A DNA stretch of 64,000 bases, from the NCBI GenBank assembly GCA_965224705.1, contig OZ245056.1:1792001-1856000 (forward strand), given 5' to 3'. This document shows positions 50,530-59,926 of this stretch, piece by piece; within the stretch, counting starts at the first letter, position 1, and each line of letters opens with the position of its first letter. The DNA comes from Spirochaetaceae bacterium (GTDB lineage Bacteria > Spirochaetota > Spirochaetia > DSM-2461). The notes under the pieces are model-generated. The model worked only from the letters and a program-made list of their open reading frames with translations. It was not told the origin of the DNA and did no database searches. Position numbers and translations under genes: made by a program.

Positions 50530-51638
50530 TTCCGGTCCTGTTTCTCCAATTTGCCAATGAATTGAGACAGTAATGACCTGTGTTTGTGTGATGGCCTGTC
50601 GGGATAACTCATTATACGGGCCAGTATTGAAAAATCTTCCTGCTTCTCAAGAAGCATACGTATTATCACCATGAAAGGCACGGCAAGCAGCATGCCCGGC
50701 ACACCCCAGAGATATCCCCAGAAGAGAAGACCAAACAGGATGGATACAGTATTGAAGCGCAGGTGATTCCCCATGAGCATGGGGTCAATTATATTCCCTA
50801 CAATCAACTGGATAAGCAATAAAACAGCCGAAACCGTCAGAATAATACCGATGGAATCAAACTGTATCAGGGCCATCAGCAAAGGAAACACTGTGGCAAT
50901 AATTGAGCCGACAGATGGTATGTAATTCATCAGGAAGGCAATGAATCCCCAGAATAAAGCAAATCGCAATCCAAAGATCCAGCAGGTTAATCCGAAAAGT
51001 ATTCCTGTTAATGAGCTTGATAAGGTCTTGATCAGCATGTATGTTGAGATGCTCTTCTGGGTTTTTCGGCTGATTTCTCTTCTGCTGCCGGATTTGTCTG
51101 TTCCGATTACATATTCCATGTATGCGGGAAACCTGGCAGCTCCTGCTAAAAGAAAAAGGTAGTACAGTAGAAACAGCAGAGTTGATGATCCCATAACACT
51201 GATGAATTTTCCGAACAGTGAGCCGATCATTGATGCAATACTGCCCGGCGTGATACTATCCTTCAATTCGTTCAGTACGGCTTCAAGATCCAGACCGGGC
51301 ACCGTGTTAGCAATCCAGATGAAGGCAGAATTGATTCGACGGTACAATTGCTCTGCCAGAACTTCCTTATCCTGTATGATCTGATGTATGACACTGCTGA
51401 TCATCTCGAAAACAATCCAGAGGACAACTATTGTGAGGGAAGAAACAAGCATTGTAATCAAGATTCGCGGAATCTTGATTCTTTCAAGGAAATTTATAAC
51501 TGGCAGGTTCAGCATTGTCAGCAAAACTGCAAGGGCAAGCGGGATGAGAAGATGGGAAAGTTTCTGCAGAACGATGAACAATGAGATAACAAGCAATATC
51601 ATGAGTATGTTGCGAATACTTCGAGTGTAATCTGTCAT
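50526..51638 (-). CDS. AI-2E family transporter
   Basis: NYIPSVG, GNIIDP, FWGYLWGVPGMLLAVP. Confidence 0.92.
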   Translation of the reverse strand: MTDYTRSIRNILMILLVISLFIVLQKLSHLLIPLALAVLLTMLNLPVINFLERIKIPRILITMLVSSLTIVVLWIVFEMISSVIHQIIQDKEVLAEQLYRRINSAFIWIANTVPGLDLEAVLNELKDSITPGSIASMIGSLFGKFISVMGSSTLLFLLYYLFLLAGAARFPAYMEYVIGTDKSGSRREISRKTQKSISTYMLIKTLSSSLTGILFGLTCWIFGLRFALFWGFIAFLMNYIPSVGSIIATVFPLLMALIQFDSIGIILTVSAVLLLIQLIVGNIIDPMLMGNHLRFNTVSILFGLLFWGYLWGVPGMLLAVPFMVIIRMLLEKQEDFSILARIMSYPDRPSHKHRSLLSQFIGKLEKQDRN

Positions 51639-51829
51639 TTCATCCTCTGTTGCAGTTTTGCATAGTGCCCCGGGGCCTGTGAACACTGCGGGCACAACGC
51701 AGCAGCATGAAGCCTGCAGGAATTTGATTTTCCTCAATGCCGATGGAGATATCCCATTATCTGAGTAACATTGGAAAAGTGTATAATATACTACTTCGTT
51801 CGGGCAGTCACCTTACCGATAATCGATGT

Positions 51830-52939
51830 GTGAAGTTTAATCCAGGCAGAATCACCCTAATTCGTCTTCCCTCACTCCGTTTATTTCTGATAGGTATTAT
51901 ATCCACCTTCCTTTCCCTGACTGCATTTGCCGATGACCTGGAAATCAAGCCAGGTGATGCATACCTGGAAATCGCAGAAAACAAAGAGGGTTTCTACCTC
52001 TACATACGTGCGTCCAACAAAATAGGATCGGTCATGCTGACAGAATCCTCATCCGATCCCTTGAAAAAGTCTGCCTCTTATGCTTTTCGATCCTGGGATT
52101 ACAACCCCGTTAATGGCGATGAAAAACGCATATTGAATGGAAAGTTCCTGGTATCGAAAAACCCATTGTATTTTCTTCTGGACTCCACCCCTGAACCAGA
52201 CAGACTGCTTGAAACTGCTTTCAAAATCTATGTCCCATTTCAGCTTACCTATGGCTATCCATGGAGCCGGGAGGGACAAATAACAGTACACCGCGGAACA
52301 TGGCTGAATATACGGGCATTTGAGAAACCCTATGCGGATTACAGCGGTTCCTGGAGGGACAACCCATTCGTACTCTCGATGAAGGATATCCCCCTCCCCC
52401 CAGAACCCGAAGTTCCTGTCTTTGAAGATGAATCTGTCGACAATGTTGAGGCTGCCGTTGAGCGAATGACAGGAATAATGGCATCAAATAATGGAAATAT
52501 TGACGTTGTTCTTGTTGTTGATACGACTATAAGCATGAAAGATGATATAAACTTCATTCGGGAAGCTCTCATTCCCCTGGTCAGAAAGAAAATTGAAGAT
52601 TTCAAGAGCTTCCGCATTGGACTTGTACTCTATCGTGACTATAAAGAAGCATACCTTACACGTTCAAGTCCATTCACAAACGATTTGGATGCTCTCCAGA
52701 AGACTCTCAACCGGGTAACGACTGCTGGTGGCCGTGATCTCCCGGAAGCTGTCACTGAGGGATTGTTTGCCGCCCTTACGGAATTCGATTGGGAAGCCCC
52801 GGAACGGGCAATAATCCAGGTAGGTGATGCCCCTGCCCACGATGAACCCCGAGGTGAAATAACACCGGAAATGGTGGAGGATGCAGCTCGGAATCTGGGC
52901 GTTACCATTTTTCCAATACGGCTGCCCGATAAGAAATAA
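51830..52939 (+). CDS. Exported vWA-domain protein (start uncertain)
   Basis: Signal-like segment; MIDAS DTTISM, YRDY, GGRDLPE, GDAPAH. Confidence 0.85.
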   Translation: MKFNPGRITLIRLPSLRLFLIGIISTFLSLTAFADDLEIKPGDAYLEIAENKEGFYLYIRASNKIGSVMLTESSSDPLKKSASYAFRSWDYNPVNGDEKRILNGKFLVSKNPLYFLLDSTPEPDRLLETAFKIYVPFQLTYGYPWSREGQITVHRGTWLNIRAFEKPYADYSGSWRDNPFVLSMKDIPLPPEPEVPVFEDESVDNVEAAVERMTGIMASNNGNIDVVLVVDTTISMKDDINFIREALIPLVRKKIEDFKSFRIGLVLYRDYKEAYLTRSSPFTNDLDALQKTLNRVTTAGGRDLPEAVTEGLFAALTEFDWEAPERAIIQVGDAPAHDEPRGEITPEMVEDAARNLGVTIFPIRLPDKK

Positions 52940-52941
52940 TT

Positions 52942-53946
52942 CTACTTTACCCCAATGGCTTCTTTTACACGATTCAGAGTCTGCCTGGCAACTTTTCCTG
53001 CTTTTAATGCTCCATCGGCAAGAATATCATCAATTTGTGTTCTGTCGGCCATCAGTGCTTCATATCTATCCCGCATTGGAGAAATAATGGCATCAACTTC
53101 CTCGAAAAGAACCTGTTTAGCTTCTCCCCAGCCCATTCCACCAGCACGGTATCGGTCAGCTAAGAATTTTTGATCGGACTCACCGGCAAATAATTTGTAG
53201 AGAGCATAAATATTACAGGTGTCCGGATTCTTGGGTTCTTCCACTCCCTGGCTGTTCGTAACGATTTGCATGATTGTTTTTCTAAGTTTTTTTCTAGAAA
53301 GGAATAATGGTATATGATTATTGTAACTCTTGGACATTTTCCTGCCATCCAATCCTGGTACGACCATCATTTTCTCACTGGTTTGAGCCTGTGGGATAAC
53401 AAGCAGGTCTTCCTTATAGTTATGGTTCAGCATTCCAGCAATGTCCTGGGCCATTTCCACATGCTGCACCTGATCCCTGCCAACTGGAACGATGTTTGCA
53501 TCAAAAAGCAGTATGTCCGCAGCCATCAGAATGGGATATGTGAAGAGTCCCATATTGATCTGGTGATCTTCCGGCTGCCCTTTATTTCGATTGAAATCCA
53601 CGGCGGCCTTGTAGGCATGAGCCCTGTTCATCAAGCCCTTGGCCGTAAATGCTGTCAATATAGTGGCCAATTCAAAGGTTTCTGGAACATCAGACTGCTT
53701 ATATATGAGAGCCTTATCCGGATCCATACCTGCGGCCAGCCAGCTTACAGCCACTTCATGAATACAGGAGCGAAGGGTGGACGCATCCCTGATCACATTG
53801 AGCGAATGGTAATCGGCAATGAAGAATCGGGCATCAGTTTCTGAGTTGTCCGCAGTTAGAAGCGCTGGCTGGATTGCTCCGAAGTAATTACCAATATGAG
53901 GCATTCCGGTGGGTTTTATTCCGGTAAGCACAACCTTTTTATTCAT
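52942..53946 (-). CDS. trpS: Tryptophan--tRNA ligase
   Basis: GIKPTG.PHIGN, YPILMAADIL, KMSKS. Confidence 0.97.
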   Translation of the reverse strand: MNKKVVLTGIKPTGMPHIGNYFGAIQPALLTADNSETDARFFIADYHSLNVIRDASTLRSCIHEVAVSWLAAGMDPDKALIYKQSDVPETFELATILTAFTAKGLMNRAHAYKAAVDFNRNKGQPEDHQINMGLFTYPILMAADILLFDANIVPVGRDQVQHVEMAQDIAGMLNHNYKEDLLVIPQAQTSEKMMVVPGLDGRKMSKSYNNHIPLFLSRKKLRKTIMQIVTNSQGVEEPKNPDTCNIYALYKLFAGESDQKFLADRYRAGGMGWGEAKQVLFEEVDAIISPMRDRYEALMADRTQIDDILADGALKAGKVARQTLNRVKEAIGVK

Positions 53947-53952
53947 AATTCT

Positions 53953-53981
53953 ATAATACAGTGTAAGGGGATGAACGTGAA
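53953..53981 (-). promoter_or_regulatory. Sigma70 promoter, probable leaderless trpS mRNA
   Basis: TTCACG-17-TATTAT-6 nt-ATG on the minus strand. Confidence 0.55.
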
Positions 53982-54061
53982 GAACACAAAATCTTGATAA
54001 AATTCACATAAAGTACCCTTTTTTGCTGGTTTCCTGGAGAAAAGTTGATTATTATGGATGT

Positions 54062-54757
54062 ATGGCAAACATCTGTCTTGTGGAAGATAATGAGTCAATC
54101 CGGGAAGCAGTGAAGAGCTTTCTTCAACTGGCAGATCATCAGGTGTCTGATTTTGGAACACTTCTGGAAGCAAGGGCTGCTTTAGATGCCCATCTTCCCG
54201 ACTTAATTCTTATGGATGTTATGCTGCCGGACGGTAATGGATTCTTCTTCGCCAGGGAATTTCTGGCAGAACACCCTGTTCCACTGATTTTCATGTCCGG
54301 CCGGGAATCCGAGTCCGACCGGATTACTGGCTTTGAAATTGGTGCTGACGACTACATCGTGAAGCCATTCAGCCCGAAAGAGCTTGTGCTTCGAATTGCG
54401 GCTATACTGAAACGGACATCAGAAACAAAACCGGATGCTTCCCTCCCTGATACTGTCTGGAACCTGAATGGGCAGGTTCTGCACACGGACGAGAATGCTC
54501 ATAGAGCTACTTTGGACGATGAACTCTTGAAACTCACGGCTGCTGAATGGAAGATCCTCATATATTTCACCAGAAATGGCGGTACTGTTGTTTCAAGGAA
54601 GCAAGTTCTGGACCATTGTCTGTCCTATTCATTTGATGGCTATGATAGAATTGTCGATACTCATGTGAAGAATCTGCGGGCAAAGCTTGGGAACCCCGGT
54701 TGGATAGAAACCGTCCGTGGATATGGCTATCGTTTTGCTGGGAAAGGAGGGCTTTAG
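54062..54757 (+). CDS. OmpR/PhoB-family response regulator (no adjacent kinase)
   Basis: LVEDN, DVMLPDGNG, ADDYIVKPFS, VDTHVKNLRAKL, TVRGYGY. Confidence 0.95.
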   Translation: MANICLVEDNESIREAVKSFLQLADHQVSDFGTLLEARAALDAHLPDLILMDVMLPDGNGFFFAREFLAEHPVPLIFMSGRESESDRITGFEIGADDYIVKPFSPKELVLRIAAILKRTSETKPDASLPDTVWNLNGQVLHTDENAHRATLDDELLKLTAAEWKILIYFTRNGGTVVSRKQVLDHCLSYSFDGYDRIVDTHVKNLRAKLGNPGWIETVRGYGYRFAGKGGL

Positions 54758-54808
54758 GAGGATTCCTCTTACCATTTTTGTATTTTTCATTTATAATATC
54801 AAATTTAC

Positions 54809-54885
54809 TTGACGGAAATTTGTGATTTATGTAAGATATTCATTAACTCAATGTAATACTCAATATTACATTGAGTTAATGAATA
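54809..54885 (+). promoter_or_regulatory. OMP promoter followed by a perfect 22-bp inverted repeat
   Basis: TTGACG-17-TAAGAT (54809-54837); TATTCATTAACTCAATGTAATA-ctcaa-TATTACATTGAGTTAATGAATA (54837-54885). Confidence 0.75.
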
Positions 54886-55036
54886 GATATACCGATGTAT
54901 GGAGGAATAGAGGAGTTTCATTGATCTTACACCTTATTCCCACAGAGTATTCACTTGTTCTTGTGAATCAGTGTATGAGCTTAGCGCCGGGTTCCGGCGT
55001 TTTAAATAATTTCTTGCTATATAGGAGAGCATGTAA

Positions 55037-56275
55037 ATGAAGAGAATTATGATTCTGGCCTTAGTGGTTGTAATTGCCGGAGCCGCATTTGCGGATGTTG
55101 ATCCTGCATTCAGTGGATCGTTTTCAACCTATATCGGAGTGTCATTGCCGGAAACGAGTAGCTCAGGTGCTTTGAAAACAAGTGTCTCTGATTCTATAAG
55201 TTTGGATCTCAATGCGACTATCGATGAGTGGAATACTGTTTCTGTAACCGTGGGATTGGCTGATGCCATGTACTGGGACGACCTGGATGGTGTTGGTAGT
55301 GACGGCATAATTAATACAGATCGTCTGAAAGGAACAGCTGTCATTGATTCCGATGGTAATCCAACCACGACGGGTACGACAGCCGGGACTGCGAATCCAG
55401 TAGGCGGTGATGAACTGGATAACCGTGGTGATTATCTCCGCATGAAAGCCTTCACTTATACGACCGACATTCTGGGTGCTCTGGGTGTCGATGGACCGGT
55501 TGGCCTCAGTCTCAAGTTCGGTAAATTTGGTTTTGGCGGTTCTACTTCCTATGTGAATGTCGCCCCTGTATCCACAAAGGACGCCGATGGTACGGGCGGC
55601 ACGGACGATGGAAACGTGGGCATTGGAGTTGATTTGAAATTGTTTGAGAAAGCGACTCTGAGCACTGTTATTTATCCCGCAAACCTTGCCAGTATTGCAG
55701 AAGATGGTAATACAAGATTTGAAGGTGGTGCAACTTTGAAAATCGCAGGTATCGCTGATAAGCTTGACGTTGCAGCTTACTTCCTGGCTTCAGCCTATGA
55801 TGCAAGAAAAAAGGAGAATGCTGATGCGGATACCGCAGATGGCGATGGAATGAGCCTGGGTGCCAGTCTGGCTCTTACACTTGATGCACACAAAATTGGT
55901 GTTGGTTTCCAGTATGATCTGGATGAGGGTTTAAGTGAGAATCAGGCAAAAGCTCAGATTGATTATGCCCTGACACTCGATAAGGTTACATTGGGTCTGT
56001 CCTATGGTGTTGGCGGCTTCAATGAGTTCGCTAAAAATAGCGATGTGAGATTGTCGGTTCTGTATAATATCCTGGATAACTTTGGTGTTTTCGGTGCCAT
56101 CGGTCTGGGTGATTTTTCCAGCCTGGGTGCAGACTCTATCAAATACGATGTCGGTCTTACCACCGCTCTGGGTGCATTGGCCATTCAACTGGGTGCTTCC
56201 AACAATTTGCAGTATAAGGCACCGGAGGATGATTGGAACGATGTGATTTACGTCAAATTCAGCACATCATTCTAG
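55037..56275 (+). CDS. Putative outer-membrane beta-barrel (porin / major surface protein)
   Basis: Signal peptide ..AAFA; amphipathic beta strands; C-terminal YVKFSTSF; strong RBS and its own terminator. Confidence 0.75.
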   Translation: MKRIMILALVVVIAGAAFADVDPAFSGSFSTYIGVSLPETSSSGALKTSVSDSISLDLNATIDEWNTVSVTVGLADAMYWDDLDGVGSDGIINTDRLKGTAVIDSDGNPTTTGTTAGTANPVGGDELDNRGDYLRMKAFTYTTDILGALGVDGPVGLSLKFGKFGFGGSTSYVNVAPVSTKDADGTGGTDDGNVGIGVDLKLFEKATLSTVIYPANLASIAEDGNTRFEGGATLKIAGIADKLDVAAYFLASAYDARKKENADADTADGDGMSLGASLALTLDAHKIGVGFQYDLDEGLSENQAKAQIDYALTLDKVTLGLSYGVGGFNEFAKNSDVRLSVLYNILDNFGVFGAIGLGDFSSLGADSIKYDVGLTTALGALAIQLGASNNLQYKAPEDDWNDVIYVKFSTSF

Positions 56276-56302
56276 TTTTTCCCGAGTATAAGAGTTGAGT
56301 TT

Positions 56303-56332
56303 AATGGCCTTACAATCGTAAGGCCATTTTTT
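56303..56332 (+). terminator. Rho-independent terminator
   Basis: AATGGCCTTAC-aatc-GTAAGGCCATT followed by TTTT. Confidence 0.9.
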
Positions 56333-56349
56333 ATGCTGTAACTTTTTCA

Positions 56350-56464
56350 GAGTGTCAGGAAGCTTGTTAGATTTGAAAAACATTTCTTTAATACGGCTGT
56401 TTTGATGACTTAGAACCTTGCAGTTACTGGAAAAAGTGAGAATTCAACAAGCTTTCTGACACTC
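56350..56464. mobile_element. MITE family B copy (115 bp)
   Basis: 19-bp TIR GAGTGTCAGGAAGCTTGTT / AACAAGCTTTCTGACACTC, one mismatch. Confidence 0.8.
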
Positions 56465-56566
56465 CGAGATTCCTATATCAGATATTTTACACAGTATTTC
56501 GACGGTTCATAATGTACACAATTCTCCTGATAGTCTATCATCCTTAATCAGGGAGTAATCAAACCG

Positions 56567-57202
56567 ATGAAAATTCTATTGGCCAGCGTGATCTTAGTAT
56601 TGCTGCCTTTCCTGACAGGATGCAGCACAGCTCCGCCGCTGCCAGTTCTTTCCGAACCCATCGTTCATCAGGTGGCTGATTTAACTGTATCATTGCAGTA
56701 TCTTGATGAAGAGACACTCATCGCCCGACATGGGAGAAATGATGCCCGGATCTATACGAACCCCTACTATGGATATCCGAGTATAATCACAAAAAAACGA
56801 TTGTTGGTGTTTGAGTTCAATGCAAGTACAACTGAATCAGAGGTGTTATTCGAGCTGGATGAAATAACCCTCAAAATTGGCAGTGTCAGTGCTGATGCAA
56901 AAAGCCGCCCTTACCTGAAGACAATATGGAACCACTACAGATTGGCCGACACAACACGGATGGATTTGAAAATGCAAAAAACGATCCTGAAGCGGGAATT
57001 TGCTGTTAAACCGAATGAACCGGTTTCCGGTTACCTGGTATTCGGAAGCAATTATCCGGAGGAAGGCGGTGACGGATTGATCTCCATGTATGCAAGCACA
57101 CCGGATGGTGATCAAGGTGTGATTGAAATCCCGTTGAGTTTCAATGCTGATGGCAAACCTGGGGATTCTACCAAAGGTTCCGGGATTTTTTCAGATGAAT
57201 GA
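56567..57202 (+). CDS. Hypothetical lipoprotein
   Basis: Lipobox LTG-C; GGAG RBS. Confidence 0.75.
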   Translation: MKILLASVILVLLPFLTGCSTAPPLPVLSEPIVHQVADLTVSLQYLDEETLIARHGRNDARIYTNPYYGYPSIITKKRLLVFEFNASTTESEVLFELDEITLKIGSVSADAKSRPYLKTIWNHYRLADTTRMDLKMQKTILKREFAVKPNEPVSGYLVFGSNYPEEGGDGLISMYASTPDGDQGVIEIPLSFNADGKPGDSTKGSGIFSDE

Positions 57203-57238
57203 TATTTTATGAGCAAAAAATTTTGGAGGAGAAATAAA

Positions 57239-58366
57239 ATGATGAGAAATTTATTGGCGATTCTTTTTACCTTGCTGGCATTGGCCGCAGTTTCGGCAGG
57301 GGGACAGCGTGAGAGTGAAGGAAGCGGCAGCGGGATGTCGGAGGATGGGACAACACAATTAAAGGTGATCACCCTTCTCAATGGAACTCTGGGAGATAAA
57401 TCCTTTTTCGATTCCGCAGCTGCCGGCATGGACCTTGTAAAATCTGAATTCGGGGATGCTGTTGCTACCAGGGTCGTTGAAATGACCTATGATGAAACAA
57501 AATGGGAACCCACGCTTCTTGATACTGTTGAAGAGGACTGGGATATCATCATCGTTGGCACATGGCAGATGACTGAAATGCTCCAGGATGCGGCTCTTGA
57601 TTATCCTGACAAGAGGTTTTTTATTTTTGATACAAGTGTTGATTATTCATTGGGGATCAACAACATATACTCAATACTCTACAGTCAGAATCAGGCATCC
57701 TTTGTAGCCGGGGCTCTGGCTGCTTCCATCACTGAATCAGACATGCCCCTGGCCAATGAGGAGCAAGTAATAGGCTTCCTTGGGGGAATGGATATTCCGA
57801 TTATCAATGATTTTCTGGTAGGCTACATTGAGGGGGCCCGGTATGTTAATCCGGATATCGAGGTAGCGATTTCCTACATTGGCTCCTTTGACGATTCAGC
57901 CAAGGGAAAGGAAATGGCTCTTGCTCAGTACAATCTGGGAGCCGATATTGGCTACAATGTTGCAGGCCAGGCGGGTTTGGGTCAATTGGATGCCGCCAAA
58001 GATGCCAATCGTTACGCTATTGGTGTGGATTCAGATCAGGCAGCAATTTTCGCTGCTACAGATCCGGCTAAAACAGAATTAATTGTGACCAGTGTTCTCA
58101 AGCGAATTGATTTATCAATTCTGCGTGGTGTGACAATGCATCTTGAGGGGACTCTTCGCTATGACAGGGCTGAGGTTTTGGGATTTGACTCCCAGGGTGT
58201 AGGATTCGCCCGGAATGAAATCTACAAGAAAACAGTACCTGCGGAGATTCAGACTATGGTTGATGATCTGGAGAATGATATTCGCTCAGGTAAAATCATT
58301 GTCAGTTCTGCCTTTGGCATGGATTCGGAGGTTTTAAATCAGCTGCGGAATTCTGTAAAACCTTAG
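57239..58366 (+). CDS. BMP-family (nucleoside) ABC substrate-binding protein
   Basis: LGDKSFFDSA, GFLGGMDIPII, AIGVDSDQ, TSVLKRID; GGAGGAG RBS. Confidence 0.92.
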   Translation: MMRNLLAILFTLLALAAVSAGGQRESEGSGSGMSEDGTTQLKVITLLNGTLGDKSFFDSAAAGMDLVKSEFGDAVATRVVEMTYDETKWEPTLLDTVEEDWDIIIVGTWQMTEMLQDAALDYPDKRFFIFDTSVDYSLGINNIYSILYSQNQASFVAGALAASITESDMPLANEEQVIGFLGGMDIPIINDFLVGYIEGARYVNPDIEVAISYIGSFDDSAKGKEMALAQYNLGADIGYNVAGQAGLGQLDAAKDANRYAIGVDSDQAAIFAATDPAKTELIVTSVLKRIDLSILRGVTMHLEGTLRYDRAEVLGFDSQGVGFARNEIYKKTVPAEIQTMVDDLENDIRSGKIIVSSAFGMDSEVLNQLRNSVKP

Positions 58367-58390
58367 CTGTCCATTGATCCCGGGATTAAG

Positions 58391-59926
58391 ATGTCAACGT
58401 CAACAAATGAAATACTGACGATGAGAAACATCTCCAGGATTTATCCCAATGGGATAGTGGCAAACAGGAATGTAAACTTCTCTGTAACTGCCGGTGAAAT
58501 CCATGGTCTGGTTGGTGAGAACGGAGCCGGAAAAACGACGCTGATGCAGATTCTTTTTGGACTCAGTCAGCCGGAAAGCGGATCCATTTTCCTCAAGAAA
58601 CGGAAAATCAGTATTACAAATCCCAATGTTGCCATCGCTAATGGAATAGGCATGGTTCATCAGCACTTCATGCTTGTTCCTTCTTTAACGGTGGCAGAAA
58701 ACATTGTGCTGGGCGTTGAGCCGTGCAAAGGTCTGAGGCTGGACACTGCGGAAGCCGTTCGGATTACCAGAACCCTCTCAGAAAAATACAATCTCAAAGT
58801 CAATCCCAACGCATTAATACGCGATTTACCGGTGGGCGTCAAACAAAAGGTCGAAATCCTCAAGGCTCTGCATCGGGGTATTTCAATCTTGATACTTGAT
58901 GAACCTACGGCCGTGCTGACACCCCAGGAAACCACCGAACTGTTTGAGGAACTCAAGTTTCTGCGGTCTCAGGGAAATACAACAATTTTTATTTCTCACA
59001 AGCTTAATGAGATCAAAGCTCTGTGTGACAGGGTGACTATTATGCGTTCCGGTTCCAGTCAGGGGGTGTTCAGCGTTGATTCAATTTCAGAACAGGAAAT
59101 TTCCCGCCTCATGGTAGGCCGGGATATTGTACTGAAACTGGAGAAAAAACCCGCTGAACCAGATAAATCCATTCTTGAAGTTAAACATCTTCGGGTCGTT
59201 AATCAACATAAGAAAAATGTTGTTGATGGAGTGTCTTTTTCTCTTCGATCCGGTGAAATCCTCGGAATTGCCGGAGTGGAGGGGAATGGTCAGAGGGAAC
59301 TGGTGGAGGCCATTACCGGACTTGGAAGCTATGCATCGGGGAGTGTGTGCATTGCAGGTCAGGATATAAAAAAGCTCAGTGTCCGTGAGATCCGGGATCT
59401 GGGAACTTCCCATATCCCGGAAGATAGAATGACTCGGGGTTGTGCCGCAGACTTGAGTATTGAGATGAATCTTCTCGCCTATAAACATGACCATAAGGAG
59501 TTCAGCCGCCGCCGTATTTTTATGGATATGAAGGCAATTCGGCGTATGTCCATGGCTTTAGTGCGGGAGTACAAAGTTCTCTGCCTCTCTCCCCAACAGG
59601 GGACAGGGCGTCTGTCGGGGGGGAATATCCAGAAAGTTGTGGTAGCGAGAGAGCTTTCCAGTTCTCCAAACATCCTCATTGCCGATCAGCCCACCCGGGG
59701 CATTGATGTTGGGGCTACCGAATTTATTCGCAGCCGCATGATCGGTTTAAGAGACTCAGGATGTGCTGTTTTGCTTGTATCAGCCGATTTGAATGAGGTA
59801 ATAGAACTTTCGGACAGGATTATAGTCATGTATAATGGAAAGATATCAGTCTGCCTTGATGATGTTACTGATGTCAGTGAAAACGAATTGGGCCTGTACA
59901 TGCTGGGTCTCAAAAAAGATGAATAG
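58391..59926 (+). CDS. Nucleoside/sugar ABC transporter ATP-binding protein (two NBDs)
   Basis: GENGAGKT, DEPTAVLTPQE, LSGGNIQK, QPTRGIDVG. Confidence 0.95.
   Translation: MSTSTNEILTMRNISRIYPNGIVANRNVNFSVTAGEIHGLVGENGAGKTTLMQILFGLSQPESGSIFLKKRKISITNPNVAIANGIGMVHQHFMLVPSLTVAENIVLGVEPCKGLRLDTAEAVRITRTLSEKYNLKVNPNALIRDLPVGVKQKVEILKALHRGISILILDEPTAVLTPQETTELFEELKFLRSQGNTTIFISHKLNEIKALCDRVTIMRSGSSQGVFSVDSISEQEISRLMVGRDIVLKLEKKPAEPDKSILEVKHLRVVNQHKKNVVDGVSFSLRSGEILGIAGVEGNGQRELVEAITGLGSYASGSVCIAGQDIKKLSVREIRDLGTSHIPEDRMTRGCAADLSIEMNLLAYKHDHKEFSRRRIFMDMKAIRRMSMALVREYKVLCLSPQQGTGRLSGGNIQKVVVARELSSSPNILIADQPTRGIDVGATEFIRSRMIGLRDSGCAVLLVSADLNEVIELSDRIIVMYNGKISVCLDDVTDVSENELGLYMLGLKKDE

Noticed and set aside
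54822..55040. 72-aa ORF upstream of the OMP
   Set aside because: It begins inside the promoter, has no RBS, and spans the palindrome and leader.
57239..57330. BMP protein lacking a lipobox Cys
   Set aside because: AGGxxE-type signal peptides are common on spirochaete binding proteins.
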